Shown piece by piece: positions 11,654 to 11,913 of a DNA stretch of 11,913 nucleotides. The first letter of the stretch is position 1. The number at the start of each line of letters is the position of its first letter. Both the position numbers and the translations under genes were made by a program. Below the pieces are notes generated by a model. The model saw only the letters and a program-made list of their open reading frames with translations, did not search any database and was not told the origin of the DNA. This stretch comes from a virus, in IMG/VR virus record IMGVR_UViG_3300033490_000009, positions 1 to 11,913 of that record. The stretch is one strand, 5' to 3'.

Positions 11654-11824
11654 AAACTGGCGGCAAAAACCGCAATTTTCGACTTGACAGCCCCGCAACT
11701 TTGCGACACAGTGAAATGTGGTTGGCGGTGTAGGAAGGTTAGGAAAACGGCGGGTTTTTGGCTGATTTTGGGCTATTTTTCTTCAACCTTCACCGCCAAA
11801 TGCCTGTTGTAGTTGCCCAGTGAG

Positions 11825-11847
11825 CCAAGAAGCCCGCAAGGGGCGGG
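11825..11847 (-). terminator. Terminator-like hairpin CCCGC-CCCTT-GCGGG-CTTCTT, second copy of the module at 5703-5723
   Basis: Minus strand CCCGCCCCTTGCGGGCTTCTTGG is nearly identical to + strand 5703-5723 (CCCGCCCCTGCGGGCTTCTTT). It is oriented to stop a leftward transcript entering from beyond the right edge. One minus-strand frame has a TAG at 11900-11902. Confidence 0.3.
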
Positions 11848-11913
11848 ACAAAACATGTGACGGCAAAACGGAGGAGCGTGACATTCAACCCGACAAAGGC
11901 TATTTCCATCGGG

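Noticed and set aside
11659-11680. Hairpin GCGG-CAAAAA-CCGC followed by AATTTTC as the terL terminator
   Set aside because: The stem is only 4 bp and the T-tract is short and interrupted, which is too weak to call.
11684-11712. TTGACA at 11684-11689 downstream of terL as a promoter
   Set aside because: The best -10 at 17-nt spacing is CACAGT (2/6 match). No ORF or structured RNA follows on the + strand.
11790-11909. 39-aa hydrophobic minus-strand ORF (MEIAFVGLNVTLLRFAVTCFVPPLAGFLAHWATTTGIWR) at the right edge
   Set aside because: Its upstream region lies outside the window, so no Shine-Dalgarno can be checked. It runs straight through the terminator-like hairpin at 11825-11847, so it is more likely non-coding 3' UTR of a gene ending near 11900.
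1-11913. CRISPR arrays, IS elements or transposases, integrase/att sites, toxin-antitoxin or other defence cassettes
   Set aside because: There are no regularly spaced direct repeats. No ORF has transposase, integrase, nuclease-toxin or reverse-transcriptase motifs. All sizeable ORFs are accounted for by virion morphogenesis functions.

Overview
The window is almost entirely a tailed-phage (HK97-like, siphovirus-style) head-neck-tail morphogenesis module, either a prophage or a phage contig. The host looks bacterial: there are sigma70-type TTGACA-17-TAGATT promoters, and nearly every start has a GGTGA or GGAGGTG Shine-Dalgarno 5-7 nt upstream.

Minus strand, right to left:
- portal fused to a Mu-F/SPP1-gp7-like domain (8027-9958)
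- an 80-nt tRNA-like element with tmRNA-TLD architecture (7944-8023)
- HK97-type prohead protease with a long C-terminal extension (6949-7914)
- HK97-fold major capsid protein (5751-6929) with a strong intrinsic terminator
- a 499-bp non-coding regulatory island (5252-5750) built around a mirror-symmetric divergent promoter pair and a perfect 22-bp palindrome
- an unknown 151-aa gene, a gp6-like connector, a head-closure protein, an HK97-gp10-like protein, a tail-completion protein and the major tail protein
- a 66-aa HTH-like protein and a tail assembly chaperone
- an ATG-less coding-like frame, possibly a recoded chaperone extension
- the first 1.56 kb of the tape measure gene, which is missing from the ORF track because it runs off the window

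Plus strand: a 75-aa two-TM protein and the large terminase (10244-11653), divergent from the portal gene.

I saw no integrase, transposase, CRISPR array, rRNA or canonical tRNA.

The features most worth follow-up are:
- the tmRNA-TLD-like RNA
- an orientation-locked GCAAGTG(T/A) box placed exactly 4 nt before the Shine-Dalgarno of every non-overlapping gene start
- the symmetric promoter/operator island
- the possible +1 recoding site in the chaperone gene

All functional calls rest on motif recognition by eye and on gene order. No database search was run.
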